NCBI GenBank assembly: GCA_044356455.1
Contig: JBIKWF010000006.1
Coordinates: 1 to 64,000 of the forward strand
DNA from: Bdellovibrionota bacterium
GTDB taxonomy: Bacteria; Bdellovibrionota_C; UBA2361; JBGSMV01
Direction: 5' to 3'
Length of the DNA: 64,000 bases
The notes under the pieces are model-generated. The model was not told where the DNA came from and did no database searches. It worked only from the letters and a program-made list of their open reading frames with translations. This document shows positions 48,236 through 59,364 of this stretch, piece by piece; the first letter of the stretch is position 1; each line of letters begins with the position of its first letter. Position numbers and translations under genes: made by a program.

Positions 48236-50435
48236 TTGATCCTCCCCCTACTCCTTGAGCAACTTGCTGCGAGGCACCCGACTTAATGTCGGTGCCAAGG
48301 CGCTGCATATAGGCAATAAGCGCAATAATTTCCATGCCACTCTTGCCCTTCGCATCGCTCATCCCCTGGGCGCTGAGACCATCGGCTATGGCTTGAGCTT
48401 GGGTCTCAAGGTCAGCTACCGCATTCTTGATTTGCTCATCGCTATAAGGAACTCCAAGCAACTTCATGGCAGCAAGCTTTGAGGAGGTAAGCGAAGTGCT
48501 CAGCTCGTTCTCATAGAGCCATGGATACGCGGGCATAATGGAACCAGGACTCGTGGAACGAGGATCCATCATATGTCTCCAGTGCCACAGGTCTGGGTAC
48601 TTGCGACCTACACGGTGTAGATCAGGCCCTGTACGCTTCGAGCCGAACTGGAACGGATGGTCATACACAAACTCACCTGGCTTCGAATACTCCCCGTAGC
48701 GCACGAGCTCATCTCTAAAGGGCCTTACCATCTGCGAGTGACAGTTATAACAGCCTTCTCGGAGATAGAGATCGCGGCCCTCAAGCTCGAGCGCCGTATA
48801 AGGATGGACCGAAGCAATTGAGGGAACATTACTCTGCACGGCCACCATAGGCACGATTTCGACAATTCCTCCCACGAGAACTGCAAGCATCGTGAGTACC
48901 GAGAAGAGCACTGGCCGAGCTTCAAGGTTATGATGGAAGGTATTGAGCCAGCCACGATTCCCGCCGGTAGCATTGGGACTCTTCGTTTGCTGGATTGCAC
49001 GCGGAACTTCAACCGCAACGTCAGAGAGAGAATGTCCCGCCGCCTTGGAGGCCTGAATCGTCTTGGCGACGTTATAGACCATCAAGAAAAGCCCCATAAC
49101 GTAGAGCGTTCCTCCGAAGAGGCGAATCCAGTAGAAGGGAATAAGCTGCGTAACGGTTTCGATAAACTCGGGATATTTAAGGAGGCCTTCAGGAGTGAAC
49201 GCGCGCCACATAAGACCTTGAGTAATCCCACCGGTCCACATGGAGGTCATGTAAATTACAATTCCAAGTGTGCCCATCCAGAGGTGCGCCGCCATGAGCT
49301 TCTTGCTCCAGACAGGAACCTTCCAGAGTTGTGGAAGAAGCCAGTAGAACATTCCAAAAGTAAGGAAGCCGTTCCACCCAAGCGCACCACCGTGCACATG
49401 TCCGATGGTCCAGTCCGTGTAGTGAGAGAGAGCATTAACACTCTTAATTGACATCATCGGCCCCTCAAAGGTCGACATGCCGTAGAAAGTGATACCCACT
49501 ACGAAAAACTTGAGAATCGGGTCATCACGAAGCTTATCCCACGCTCCGCGAAGCGTAAGGAGGCCGTTAATCATACCACCCCACGAGGGAGCGATGAGCA
49601 TTATGGAGAAGAGCGCTCCCGTGGTCTGTGCCCAATCAGGCAGCGAAGTGTTGAGAAGGTGATGGGGACCTGCCCAGATATAGAGGAAAATGAGGGACCA
49701 GAAATGGATAATCGAAAGGCGATATGAATATACGGGCCGCCCAGCTGCCTTAGGCATGAAATAATACATGAGACCTAGGAACGGCGTCGTGAGGAAGAAG
49801 GCTACAGCATTGTGGCCATACCACCACTGAACGAGAGCGTCCTGAACTCCTGCAAATACCGGATAGCTCTTAAAGAGCGCCACGGGAAGCGCCAAGGAGT
49901 TTACGATGTGAAGCATGGCCACGGTAAGAATCGTGGCGATATAGAACCAAATCGAAACATATATATGCTTCTCGCGGCGCTTAATGATCGTACCGAAAAG
50001 ATTGGCACCAAAAACCACCCACACTAATGCGATGGCGATATCAATCGGCCACTCAAGCTCGGCGTATTCCTTGCCAACAGTAATTCCGAGAGCCAGGGTA
50101 ACCGCAGCTGATACGATAATGAGCTGCCATCCCCAGAAGTGGATCTTGCTGAGAAGGTCTGAAAACATCCTAGCGCGCAGAAGTCTCTGAGCTGAGTAGT
50201 AAACCGCGGCGAATATGGCGTTACCAGCGAAAGCGAAAATTACCGCATTGGTATGTATTGGCCTTAAGCGGCCAAAGGTGAGGAAGGAAATCCCCATGTT
50301 AAGCGGCCAATACGCGAGCTGGGCCGCAATAATAACCCCCACCAACATGCCCACTACGCCCCACACTATAGAGGCCAAAAGGAACATGCGGACTGACTTA
50401 TCGTCGTATCGAATGGTTTCAGTTTGTGCGTTCAT
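48228..50435 (-). CDS. ccoN: Fused cbb3 oxidase subunits I and II (CcoN-CcoO)
   Basis: [28 protein letters not shown]; then [22 protein letters not shown]. Confidence 0.97.
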   Translation of the reverse strand: MNAQTETIRYDDKSVRMFLLASIVWGVVGMLVGVIIAAQLAYWPLNMGISFLTFGRLRPIHTNAVIFAFAGNAIFAAVYYSAQRLLRARMFSDLLSKIHFWGWQLIIVSAAVTLALGITVGKEYAELEWPIDIAIALVWVVFGANLFGTIIKRREKHIYVSIWFYIATILTVAMLHIVNSLALPVALFKSYPVFAGVQDALVQWWYGHNAVAFFLTTPFLGLMYYFMPKAAGRPVYSYRLSIIHFWSLIFLYIWAGPHHLLNTSLPDWAQTTGALFSIMLIAPSWGGMINGLLTLRGAWDKLRDDPILKFFVVGITFYGMSTFEGPMMSIKSVNALSHYTDWTIGHVHGGALGWNGFLTFGMFYWLLPQLWKVPVWSKKLMAAHLWMGTLGIVIYMTSMWTGGITQGLMWRAFTPEGLLKYPEFIETVTQLIPFYWIRLFGGTLYVMGLFLMVYNVAKTIQASKAAGHSLSDVAVEVPRAIQQTKSPNATGGNRGWLNTFHHNLEARPVLFSVLTMLAVLVGGIVEIVPMVAVQSNVPSIASVHPYTALELEGRDLYLREGCYNCHSQMVRPFRDELVRYGEYSKPGEFVYDHPFQFGSKRTGPDLHRVGRKYPDLWHWRHMMDPRSTSPGSIMPAYPWLYENELSTSLTSSKLAAMKLLGVPYSDEQIKNAVADLETQAQAIADGLSAQGMSDAKGKSGMEIIALIAYMQRLGTDIKSGASQQVAQGVGGGSNG

Positions 50436-50731
50436 GACTAATCTTGAATGTTATACTCAAGTTAACTTACTGATCTGACTAGATTTTTTTATCATGGCTT
50501 ATAACCCCCGTGAAGGGGCCAGAGTGAATAATCTTTGAAATAAGGAGCACGAACCGCCTCCTCAGGCGTCAAAGCAAGAAAAAATGCGCAGTATTTTCCT
50601 CATAGAACTGAGCAAAAGAGTCCGACCTAAAAAATCAGATGTGCGACAGGAGTTCATCCAGCAGCAGCAACAGGATGCCTTTCTATGGGATGTGCCCCGA
50701 AAGAAGATTTACACTTATTCGGGGCAGACAC

Positions 50732-51436
50732 TTACGGCGTGCAGAGAACTTGACTGCGACCAGAGTGCCCCTCGTGCAGAAAAGGCATTCCGAATACATG
50801 CCCTGAGAGCGCGGCTAAACCAGCGAGAAGAACCAAGGCAGCAGAGATGCGAGGGATTACCGCTCGAACCTGAGCAGAGGCCAGGTGAGCAAAAAGTCCG
50901 ACAGAGGTAAGAGCCGGAAGCGATCCAAGCCAAAAAGCAGCCATACTCCCTGCCCCCCACCACATGCTCGAACTTGCTACTGCGACAGCGACAAACCCAT
51001 ATAGCCAGCCACAGGGAAGCAGCCCAGTGCCAAGCCCAAGAAAAAGAGCACGCCATTCGACAGACTGACGCCCCGACTGCATAAGAAAACGCGAGGGAGC
51101 TCCAAGGACTCCATACACACGAGGGCCAAAAAGCTGCTTTATTCTGCCTGGTCCGAGAAGCGCAAAGAGTCCCCAAACGGTGAGCAGAGTACCCATGATC
51201 ATTGGGGCAAGCGCTCGAACCCCAAGCGGCTCAGCGATTAGATTCACTCGTTCGCCAAGCGCGCCCGCCAAGGCACCAATCACCACATAAGAGAGTAAGC
51301 GCCCTAGATGATACGCGAAATGCGCTCGGTGCGGCTTACTAGTCAGACCGGAATACGCGAGGACCACCCCACCACACATCGCTGCACAGTGCATGCTACC
51401 AAGCAGACTCGCTATAAATATGGCCATGAAGGACAT
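50732..51436 (-). CDS. DsbD_2 / TauE-like membrane protein of cco clusters
   Basis: GSMHCAAMCGG, YHLGR..SY, GLLPCGWLY. Confidence 0.88.
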   Translation of the reverse strand: MSFMAIFIASLLGSMHCAAMCGGVVLAYSGLTSKPHRAHFAYHLGRLLSYVVIGALAGALGERVNLIAEPLGVRALAPMIMGTLLTVWGLFALLGPGRIKQLFGPRVYGVLGAPSRFLMQSGRQSVEWRALFLGLGTGLLPCGWLYGFVAVAVASSSMWWGAGSMAAFWLGSLPALTSVGLFAHLASAQVRAVIPRISAALVLLAGLAALSGHVFGMPFLHEGHSGRSQVLCTP

Positions 51437-51556
51437 GTAGCTGCCTTACGACATGCTCACGAGGAGCACAGAAAGAAGTATTCCTTAGCACGAGGACTTT
51501 GCAACCTCTGTTAGTTACCGTTATGTTGGCCTCATCGTAATAATTGTTCAACTCTC

Positions 51557-54037
51557 ATGACGTCATCGGTTGCTCTTGCTATCCCTCAAGAAGCCCTTCA
51601 AGGCGCCTGCGCACACTGTGGAGGCCCAGTGTACCTTTCTCTGGAGCAGGAGGGAAAAGCATTTTGCTGCCCAGGCTGCGCAGTTACTTTTCGAACCTTG
51701 CACGAACTTGGCCTGGCCAATTACTACTCGCTGAGAAGTGCTGCGGGCACCCCTGGAAAAAAGGTAGCATCTGCCCAAGTTGACTCCTCTCTCTTTGACT
51801 CAAAGTCATTTTGGGAGGCTCACGTAAGGACTAGCTCCCCCGATCGTTTGAGCGTGCGCCTTCTCCTCGCGGGGGTACACTGCGTAGGCTGCGTCTGGGT
51901 GCTTGAGCAGCTTCCTGCCCTCTGCAAAGGAGTCCTCCGCTCGGAACTCGCCTTCTCCGAAGGTGTTCTTAGTATCGATTTTAGTCCTGCCGAAACGAAA
52001 CTCTCAGAGGTAGCAGAGAAACTGCTCCTGCTAGGATACGCCCCCTCTCCCTACAGTGCGGCCGAGCGCCGAGCTCTCGAGGAGCGGGAGCAGCGCGACT
52101 TTCTGGTGCGCATTGGAGTAGCGGGATTCGGCTTCATGAATACGATGCTGATCGCAGTCTCCCTCTACCAAGGTTACTTTTCTGGCATCGATCCCGGAGT
52201 CCGAACCTTTCTGCATTGGGCTTCGCTCATCATCGCCTTCCCTGTCATTCTATTCTCGGCAAAACCGTTCTTTCAGAGCTTTGTCTCTTCGATGGTAGCG
52301 CGCCAGCTTCATATGGACGTGCCTATCGCGGCTGGGATCACCGTGACCATGCTTTATAGCATGTGGAATACCTTTACTGGCGCCGACCGCGTGTATTTCG
52401 ACTCCGTGTGCGCGCTCGTCTTTTTGCTTCTTCTTGGCCGCTATGGACAACAGCAAGCGCTTTTGAAAGCGAGGCAATCTACCGCGAGTAAAGTAGCGTT
52501 ACTCCCGCTTTCTGCATCGGTGCGGCGGGAGGGCAAGGACCTCTCAATTCCTCTCGTCGAAATTCGTAGCACCGATACCGTGCTCATTTCCGCTGGCAGC
52601 CGCGTCCCCGTAGATGGGCTCATCGCCAAAGGAGCCTCTTCTTTCAACACGTCAGTGATGACAGGAGAGCCCTTGCCTCGCTCATTCAAGGAAGGCGAGG
52701 AGGTATTTGCGGGTTATCTAAACTTAGAATCTCCGATTGAGCTCCGTCCTCTTGAGGGGGATCAAACCTCTCGACTCACCAAACTCCTTGCGATGCTCGA
52801 CGAAGGCGCGCTCCAAAAATCTCCTCTCGTAGAAAGTGCGCAGCGCATGCTCGGAAGCTTTGTAGCCGTGTTGTTGGTGCTTGCGGCGGGGACATTCATC
52901 TATTGGATCCCGCATGGATTCCAGAATGCTTTGGACGCTACTGTCTCACTACTGGTCATATGCTGCCCCTGTGCATTGGCTCTTGCAACGCCGCTTGCTC
53001 TTGCGACCGGCGTGCGCCGCGCCGCTGCGGAAGGGATTCTCATCAGGAAAGCAGAAGTCATAGAGCGAACCGCTCGCGTGAAAACCGTTTATTTTGATAA
53101 AACAGGAACTCTCACTCAAGGTACCTTCACTGTCACTGCGTGTTCATTTTTAGAACATCCAGGAGTTACCAAAGAGAGCGCTCTTCGCATAGCAGCAGAG
53201 CTTGCTGAAGTAGGCTCTGCCCATCCTCTTTCCCGTGCCATCCTCGAGTTTTGTAACAAACAAGCTCCTCAGCCCTCGAAAGCCACGTTTCTCGAAGATA
53301 TTGCATGGCGCACAGGACTGGGCGTTGAGGGCCTGCAACCCGAGCGAGGCAACTGGCGCCTTGGCAGCGTGGCCTTCGCGCTCGCCGCGCCGAAGGACCA
53401 CTTACACTCGGCCCTATCGACGGTTTTCCTGAGCTGTGAGGGCTCGCCAATCCTACGTTTCGAACTAGAAGATGTGATAGCGCCCGCGAGCGCTCCGACC
53501 CTTGCACACCTTCGCAGCAAGGGCATACAGGTACGAATGCTCTCAGGCGATCACTCTGAAACGGTAGCCGCACTCGGCTGCGCGCTTGGATTTTCAAAGA
53601 GTGACAGCCTCGGCGAATGTTCCCCTGAAGACAAGCAGCGCACGCTTGAAAACGAAGGCACCGGCGCCATGATGGTCGGTGATGGAGTAAATGATGCCAC
53701 GGCTCTCGCCGCCGCCGATGTCGGTGTTGCGGTGCACGGGGACGCGCTGCGATGCTTTGAAAGTGCCGATGTGGCGCTCATTGACCGAGACCTCCGTGCA
53801 ATCCCAGACCTTCTGGAGGGAGCGAAGAGAACCGTACGAGTGGTGCGCGAGAACCTCGCGCTTTCACTTGTCTATAATGTAGTCGGTGCCGTTGCCGCAA
53901 TTGCAGGCAAGGTGGATCCGCTCGTTGCCGCGCTTCTTATGCCGCTCTCTTCTTTAACCGTGCTTGCCAATTCGCAGTTTTCACGTACCTTTCGACCCGC
54001 CGAAGAGAAACCGCTCGCGAGAGCTCAGAAAGAGTAG
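51557..54037 (+). CDS. ccoI: Cu-translocating P1B ATPase CcoI/FixI
   Basis: CAHCG..FCCPGC, CxxC, TGE, CPCAL, DKTGT, GDGVND. Confidence 0.93.
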   Translation: MTSSVALAIPQEALQGACAHCGGPVYLSLEQEGKAFCCPGCAVTFRTLHELGLANYYSLRSAAGTPGKKVASAQVDSSLFDSKSFWEAHVRTSSPDRLSVRLLLAGVHCVGCVWVLEQLPALCKGVLRSELAFSEGVLSIDFSPAETKLSEVAEKLLLLGYAPSPYSAAERRALEEREQRDFLVRIGVAGFGFMNTMLIAVSLYQGYFSGIDPGVRTFLHWASLIIAFPVILFSAKPFFQSFVSSMVARQLHMDVPIAAGITVTMLYSMWNTFTGADRVYFDSVCALVFLLLLGRYGQQQALLKARQSTASKVALLPLSASVRREGKDLSIPLVEIRSTDTVLISAGSRVPVDGLIAKGASSFNTSVMTGEPLPRSFKEGEEVFAGYLNLESPIELRPLEGDQTSRLTKLLAMLDEGALQKSPLVESAQRMLGSFVAVLLVLAAGTFIYWIPHGFQNALDATVSLLVICCPCALALATPLALATGVRRAAAEGILIRKAEVIERTARVKTVYFDKTGTLTQGTFTVTACSFLEHPGVTKESALRIAAELAEVGSAHPLSRAILEFCNKQAPQPSKATFLEDIAWRTGLGVEGLQPERGNWRLGSVAFALAAPKDHLHSALSTVFLSCEGSPILRFELEDVIAPASAPTLAHLRSKGIQVRMLSGDHSETVAALGCALGFSKSDSLGECSPEDKQRTLENEGTGAMMVGDGVNDATALAAADVGVAVHGDALRCFESADVALIDRDLRAIPDLLEGAKRTVRVVRENLALSLVYNVVGAVAAIAGKVDPLVAALLMPLSSLTVLANSQFSRTFRPAEEKPLARAQKE

Positions 54038-54039
54038 TT

Positions 54040-54243
54040 ATGGGAATTATTATTGTTCTCTTGCCACTTTCCGTGCTGCTGGGTTTCACCGGACTCATGG
54101 CCTACCTTTGGTCAGTTCGCTCAGGGCAGTTTAAGGATCTCGACACGCCGGCAATGCGCATTTTGCTCGATGGGGAAAAGCAAGCCTCTGGACAAATCGA
54201 AGAGACTTCTCAGAAGGCGAAGACCGATACGCATGCCCAATGA
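54040..54243 (+). CDS. ccoS: cbb3 oxidase assembly protein CcoS
   Basis: LLP.S......WSVRSGQF.DL..PA.RIL.D. Confidence 0.93.
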   Translation: MGIIIVLLPLSVLLGFTGLMAYLWSVRSGQFKDLDTPAMRILLDGEKQASGQIEETSQKAKTDTHAQ

Positions 54244-54390
54244 ATGTGCCCCCAACGGGGAACTTACCTTTGAGAAGCTCCCCTCCACGTCCTTCCTATA
54301 AAACTACACTATAGGTCCTAACCGTCATGTCTCACAGGATCCCTGACGGGTCCGTGAGACTGCGTTGGAAATCCGCCTTCCAGGCGTTAG

Positions 54391-54440
54391 TTAGCCGCGA
54401 TTGCTCACTGCCCGTATGGGCTGTGAGCAATCGCGGCTAA
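54391..54440. terminator. Long hairpin after ccoS (possible terminator)
   Basis: TTAGCCGCGATTGCTCAC / GTGAGCAATCGCGGCTAA perfect 18-bp stem. Confidence 0.55.
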
Positions 54441-54480
54441 AAGCTTTTGGTAGAGTTCGGAAGGGAGGTGCTCCCTTTCC

Positions 54481-55914
54481 ATGTTTTCTGTGCCATGCCA
54501 GAAAGCACGTATGCCTACGAAAAAAAATCTCTCCTTCCTAAGTCGATTGCTTTTTGGATTCTCGCTCCCCGTGAATCAAGGCACCTACGTGGTAAGTGGA
54601 TTCGCTCTCATGGCCCTCAAATTTAGCGTGGAATGGCTAGTCGCGAATCTCTACTTCTCTAAGCCCTTTCCGCTTCAGGCATTTTTATTGCCGGCATTCT
54701 CAGTAAAGGAACACTATCTCGGTGCCGCTTCAACCTCTTTTCTCTTCTTTCAGATTCTCTGGAGCCTGCCCTTCATGTGGATTGGGGTCAGCATGTCTGT
54801 CCGGAGAGCGGTAGACGCCGGGCAATCAGCACTAGGGGGACTGCTTTTTCTCTGCCCAGGATTAAATTACCTAATAATCCTTCTCTACTCGCTTTTGCCC
54901 TCCTCGTCGTCAGAGCTCTCCCAGGGCTATCAGCATACAGGAAGAACAAATGTGGAGCTCTCACCTCATGGAAAAGCGAGATTACTGGCGATGCTCACCG
55001 CAATTGTCGCGGGTGGGATCATCTGCCTCCCCGTCGTGTTTCTCAGCACCAGCCCCCAATCTGCCTACTCAAGCGCTCTCTTTCTTGGACTACCGACCAT
55101 TATGGGAAGCGTTGCGTCTTGGATGTGGAACCGGGACTACAAGCGCAGTATGGGAAGCTCGACCTCTGTAGCGGTGAGCGCGGTGCTTCTTGGCAGTGCC
55201 TTCGTCTTGCTCTTCGCCATCGAAGGATTGTTATGCATGATCATGGCTGCGCCTTTTGCGGCTATAGGCGCCGTGCTCGGAGCACCACTTGGACGTTACC
55301 TTGCCCAGACGATGCGCTCCCGAGATGGCGTCGCGATAAGGTGTTGCGGAGTCGTGGCGCTCCTTCTCGTTGCAAGCCCGCTTGAGAAACAGCTCGCCGA
55401 GTCTACGGCTCTCCGAGAAGTTACTACTGAGATAGTAGTATCTGCCCCGCCCTCTGCGGTTTGGAAGCACGTGGTGGAATTTTCCGAAATTGCGCCGCCT
55501 ACGCAACTTCTATTTCGAAGTGGCATTGCCTACCCGATTCGCGCGCGCATTGATGGTACTGGTGTTGGAGCAATTCGCCATTGTGAGTTTTCGACCGGCG
55601 CATTTGTGGAGCCCATTACGGTTTGGGAGCCCCCTTACAAACTTGGATTTTCTGTGACCTCTCAGCCACCAACCATGACTGAGCTATCGCTCTACCGAAA
55701 CCTTGAGCCCCGGCACCTTCGTGAAACCTTCGTGAGCCATCGAGGCCAGTTTGAATTAATTCCTATCGAGAATGGCACGCGTACCCTGCTTAAAGGCACC
55801 ACGTGGTACAGCTTAGCCATGTCACCACAGGCATACTGGATACTTTGGACAGATTTTTTCATTCATGAGATTCATGGAAGGGTCCTTGAGCACATCAAGC
55901 TCTCAGCCGAATAG
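54481..55914 (+). CDS. DUF805-like membrane domain + SRPBCC (polyketide cyclase-like) fusion
   Basis: SMSVRR..DAG; IEGLLC..MAAP; FRSGIAYP....I.G.GVGA.R.C.FSTG.F.EPIT.W. Confidence 0.78.
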   Translation: MFSVPCQKARMPTKKNLSFLSRLLFGFSLPVNQGTYVVSGFALMALKFSVEWLVANLYFSKPFPLQAFLLPAFSVKEHYLGAASTSFLFFQILWSLPFMWIGVSMSVRRAVDAGQSALGGLLFLCPGLNYLIILLYSLLPSSSSELSQGYQHTGRTNVELSPHGKARLLAMLTAIVAGGIICLPVVFLSTSPQSAYSSALFLGLPTIMGSVASWMWNRDYKRSMGSSTSVAVSAVLLGSAFVLLFAIEGLLCMIMAAPFAAIGAVLGAPLGRYLAQTMRSRDGVAIRCCGVVALLLVASPLEKQLAESTALREVTTEIVVSAPPSAVWKHVVEFSEIAPPTQLLFRSGIAYPIRARIDGTGVGAIRHCEFSTGAFVEPITVWEPPYKLGFSVTSQPPTMTELSLYRNLEPRHLRETFVSHRGQFELIPIENGTRTLLKGTTWYSLAMSPQAYWILWTDFFIHEIHGRVLEHIKLSAE

Positions 55915-55926
55915 CCTTAAATTCTC

Positions 55927-56349
55927 TCAAAGTAGCAACTTTTCCCGCAAGAACTCCGCCAGCTCTCGCTCCTTGGGATTAAGATATCCATCTGCTTGGG
56001 CGACCTTGAGGATCATATCAAAGAGATGCTCTTTCTGGGCGGTATCAAAATGTCGATTTACCTCCCCGATAAATCGATCAAGGTGCTTACCCTCGTGAGC
56101 TAAGAAGGCTCCTACCTCTGAGAGTTCCGCGGTCTCTTCGTCAATCGCATGAAACTCGATATCGAGTTCTCTAATAATCTCTTCAAATTCGAAGTGATTG
56201 ATCGCCCCGTCAGCTTCTGCCATCTGATAGAGCAAAACTGCGACGCAAGTTTTTAGGCGCTTATCAGACGGCACTCCATGAAAATCAACTTCAAGAAACG
56301 TTTTGGCCGTCGCTAGATCTCGGTATCGACTATACATAGAAAGCTCCAA
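55927..56349 (-). CDS. TerB-family protein
   Basis: A.ADG.I...E ... VA.ADG....E pattern. Confidence 0.8.
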   Translation of the reverse strand: MELSMYSRYRDLATAKTFLEVDFHGVPSDKRLKTCVAVLLYQMAEADGAINHFEFEEIIRELDIEFHAIDEETAELSEVGAFLAHEGKHLDRFIGEVNRHFDTAQKEHLFDMILKVAQADGYLNPKERELAEFLREKLLL

Positions 56350-57136
56350 TGGACTCGCCCACCCGTACTACCGAAGATGCGGTTACGCACAGCGCTAATT
56401 GTAGCGCTGCAAATTGGAAACCTATAGCAATTTCTAAGAGCCCTACGGGTCGGTATTCAGATCTTATAGTTGAACTTACCGTTCTTGATTGATTGTACCT
56501 CTGCTACCGAGAGAAAGTATCAAACGACTTGCGACAAGTGCGAGAGAGGTCCTTATGGTGCTCGAATAAGCACGCAAGGGAAAATGTATTAGGGCCTGAT
56601 GAGGAACGTTAGCTTACGCCTCAAGCTTAGTGAGCTCCCCGCGAATGAAAGGAGCTAGAGTCCCGTAGAGCAAATTCACTACGCACTCCTTCCAAGATAA
56701 GAATTCAGACTATGAAGTACCCGATAGCTCTGCCAGGCGAGCCACGACGAAGAATGACGACGTGCTAGCCCTCTAGGCAGGGTGTGGGTCGCCTCACCTC
56801 AGGGGAGAAGACACGAGGCATCGGCAGGTCCAAAAGGATCTCTGAGCCATACCGAGAGGCTCCAAACTGTACTCAGCTAAACAAATCGAGCCTCCCACCG
56901 ACTTAGACACTGGGCACAGGCAAAGCCAGCAAAAAAACAAACACCGTACCAAACCTACCCTCCTGCTATTTTCCTCTCACCCAAATAGAGCTACCGTTCA
57001 TGCGCACTCACTGCAATCTAGGAGTCTGCCCATTATCACCAACGCAAATTTTGGTGGAGATTACCTTGGGGCAGATATCTAACGCCCATCCTGCACCTTG
57101 GTGTGGCGGGCAGCAGCGAATGTATAGCTAAGAGCG

Positions 57137-57940
57137 ATGACCGAGGAGACACTCATGAGCAAAACCAATTCCCGCATTCTGAAGCATCAAGCTCCAGCCT
57201 GCGAGGACGCGGGACAAGTTAAACTTGGGCGACGTGAGTTTATTGGTTCCTCCGCAGCACTCATAGCACTCGCAACAACTTTATCACCTTTTAATGAGGC
57301 AACTATTTGTATGGCAAACGCAGCACCTTTTACTCTTCCAGCTCTTCCCTACGCACCAGAAGCACTGGAGCCAACAATTGATACAGAGACCATGAAAATT
57401 CATCATGGCAAACACCACCAGGCGTATGTTGATAAGCTAAACGAACAAGCCGCTAAACTCCCCGAGCTCGGCGATATGCCCCTTGAGCGTATGATGGCTC
57501 AAATTTCTAAGTATCCCGCTCCCGTGCGTAATAATGGTGGCGGCCATTTCAACCACTCCCTTTTTTGGAATCTGATGGCACCCGCAGGGAAAGGGGGCGC
57601 CCCTTCTAAGGCCCTCAGCGACAAGATTACGAGTGATCTAGGCGGCGTTGATGCGATGAAAGAAGCGCTAAACAATGCAGCCATCGCGCGGTTTGGATCG
57701 GGCTGGGGCTGGCTCATCGTTACCGCTGACAAGAAGCTTGCAATCACGTCAACTCCGAATCAAGACAATCCCCTTATGGACGTAGCTGAGACAAAGGGTA
57801 CGCCTATTATCGGAATCGATGTATGGGAACACGCCTACTACCTCAAATACCAGAACAAGCGCGCGGACTACCTAAAGAGTTGGTGGGCGGTCGCGAATTG
57901 GAACGAGATTAATCAGCGTTTCGAGCAAGCATCAAAGTAA
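57137..57940 (+). CDS. sodA: Mn/Fe superoxide dismutase, possibly with a Tat signal
   Basis: HHGKHHQAY, NNGGGHFNH, FGSGW, NQD.P, DVWEHAYY; GRREFI plus hydrophobic stretch before the mature domain (alternative start 57310). Confidence 0.92.
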   Translation: MTEETLMSKTNSRILKHQAPACEDAGQVKLGRREFIGSSAALIALATTLSPFNEATICMANAAPFTLPALPYAPEALEPTIDTETMKIHHGKHHQAYVDKLNEQAAKLPELGDMPLERMMAQISKYPAPVRNNGGGHFNHSLFWNLMAPAGKGGAPSKALSDKITSDLGGVDAMKEALNNAAIARFGSGWGWLIVTADKKLAITSTPNQDNPLMDVAETKGTPIIGIDVWEHAYYLKYQNKRADYLKSWWAVANWNEINQRFEQASK

Positions 57941-57964
57941 TATTAGTTGGTTTTGTTCAAGAGA

Positions 57965-58008
57965 GAGGGGCTGCAACAGGAGGCTGTTGCAGCCCCTCGT
58001 TTTGTTTT
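57965..58008 (+). terminator. Rho-independent terminator after the SOD gene
   Basis: GAGGGGCTGCAACAG-GAGG-CTGTTGCAGCCCCTC followed by GTTTTGTTTT. Confidence 0.88.
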
Positions 58009-58066
58009 GAAGTAGCGCTCTTCACGTTAAGGAAGAGAGAAAGGTACGCGGGGTCGAAAGATCACA

Positions 58067-58247
58067 CGGCGCTTTGAGGACGGCGCGCCCCACCGAGTGG
58101 TGTGGCATCTCGGTAGGGCGCCGCGTCCTCGCGGTGCCGCAAGATCTCTCGCCCCGGCACGTGACAGGTATTTTTTCCACCTCGCTGATTGCCTAATCGC
58201 GACTCCATCATAGACGCCCCGTGAAATTTGATTCGGCACACCCTACC
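58067..58247. repeat. Cluster of GTAG-type REP elements
   Basis: GAGGACGGCGCGCCCCACC (inverted), GGTAGGGCGCCGCGTCCTCGCGGTGCCG at 58112, partial CCCTACC at 58241. Confidence 0.65.
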
Positions 58248-58250
58248 TAG

Positions 58251-58378
58251 GGAATCTCTGAACAAGTCCGCTCAGTGAGCTCTGTGTCCTCTGTGGTTGA
58301 TTTAAATTGTTGAAAAACCACAGAGGACACAGAGCTCACTGAGAGAAAAAATAAAATAGCGATGTTTTTAGAGGTTAC
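58251..58378. mobile_element. Palindromic MITE, subtype B (copy 8)
   Basis: GGAATCTCTGAA...TTTTTAGAGGTTAC; CTAG duplicated; CTCAGTGAGCTCTGTGTCCTCTGTGGTT perfect inverted repeat inside. Confidence 0.82.
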
Positions 58379-58383
58379 CTAGA

Positions 58384-59313
58384 CTAATCCTCTCCTTCCG
58401 ACAGCAAATCAGCACCCAAAGCCGCATAAGCAATTACCAAAAGGTCTGCCACCAGAAGGTGCAAAAGCTTGATCAGCACGGGCCCGCCGACCAAAAGAGT
58501 TATGAGGCCAAGAGCCAGCTGCCCAAACACAATATTACGCACTAACCGCGCCCGCCGGGCGAGCGACGCGCCCGCATAGTTACTCATAACGAGATTTGTA
58601 AGCCAATAAAGATATGACGCGGCAATGAGGGATAGCATGGGGTGAAAAATGCGCAGCCTAATGAGAAGTGGCGACTCACGCGAGAAATCTGCCTCAAGAC
58701 CCGCAAGAAGCGACTCCGTAGGATGGAGCATATTCGCCAAGGCGGCGACGACCCCTAGCATTCCAGATACCGCAAGAAGGACAAATCCCAACGCAAGCAA
58801 CCCCCTCCACGCTCCGACTCGAGACAAGGAAAGATTTCGCTCGCGCGCAGCAAAAAAAACGGTGCACGCTTGCGCAGAGAGTAGCAGGAACGTATTGACC
58901 AAATGCGCGCCTAGAGAAACCACGCGGGCATAAGAGGTGCTCTGGTCTACCCAGCCGTAGAGGACAAGAATCGCCCCTAAAAGCGCCTCCGTGATCATCA
59001 AAACGAACGCGGCAAACGCGCAACTCCTCGCCAGATGACCTGGAGCGAATATTCTCCTTGCAAAAAATACGACCAACGCTGACAGAAGAAAGACGACGCC
59101 TGACGTTAAGCGGTGGAGAAACTCAATAACAATCTCCATTCCGACGAACTGAGGAACGAGAACTCCCTTACATAAGGGCCAACTCTCTCCGCAGCCATCT
59201 CCCGAACCGCTAAGCCGAGTAAACGCGCCCCAAAGCACGACCAGCACAGTGAGACGCACGGTCCAGACTGCAAGTGAAACAAACTGTGTCTTTGAAAGAG
59301 AGGGCTTATTCAC
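58384..59313 (-). CDS. ctaA: Heme A synthase (COX15/CtaA)
   Basis: GAFTR..GSG.GC..SWPLC, IEFLHR, EALLG, RIFHP, LLHL. Confidence 0.88.
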   Translation of the reverse strand: MNKPSLSKTQFVSLAVWTVRLTVLVVLWGAFTRLSGSGDGCGESWPLCKGVLVPQFVGMEIVIEFLHRLTSGVVFLLSALVVFFARRIFAPGHLARSCAFAAFVLMITEALLGAILVLYGWVDQSTSYARVVSLGAHLVNTFLLLSAQACTVFFAARERNLSLSRVGAWRGLLALGFVLLAVSGMLGVVAALANMLHPTESLLAGLEADFSRESPLLIRLRIFHPMLSLIAASYLYWLTNLVMSNYAGASLARRARLVRNIVFGQLALGLITLLVGGPVLIKLLHLLVADLLVIAYAALGADLLSEGED

Positions 59314-59364
59314 CAGAGAAGTGTAGCCCTAAGCGTGGTTTAGAATCCAGATCTCACGCTCCTG

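Noticed and set aside
48228..50435. CcoN-CcoO fusion and monoheme CcoP as a novelty
   Set aside because: This arrangement is already known in several lineages such as Bacteroidota
50440..50530. FNR/FixK box upstream of ccoN
   Set aside because: No TTGAT-N4-ATCAA match with correct spacing
56596..56656. Hammerhead ribozyme core (CTGATGAG...GAAA)
   Set aside because: The GAGG/CCTC stem is not followed directly by GAAA, and stems I and III could not be formed
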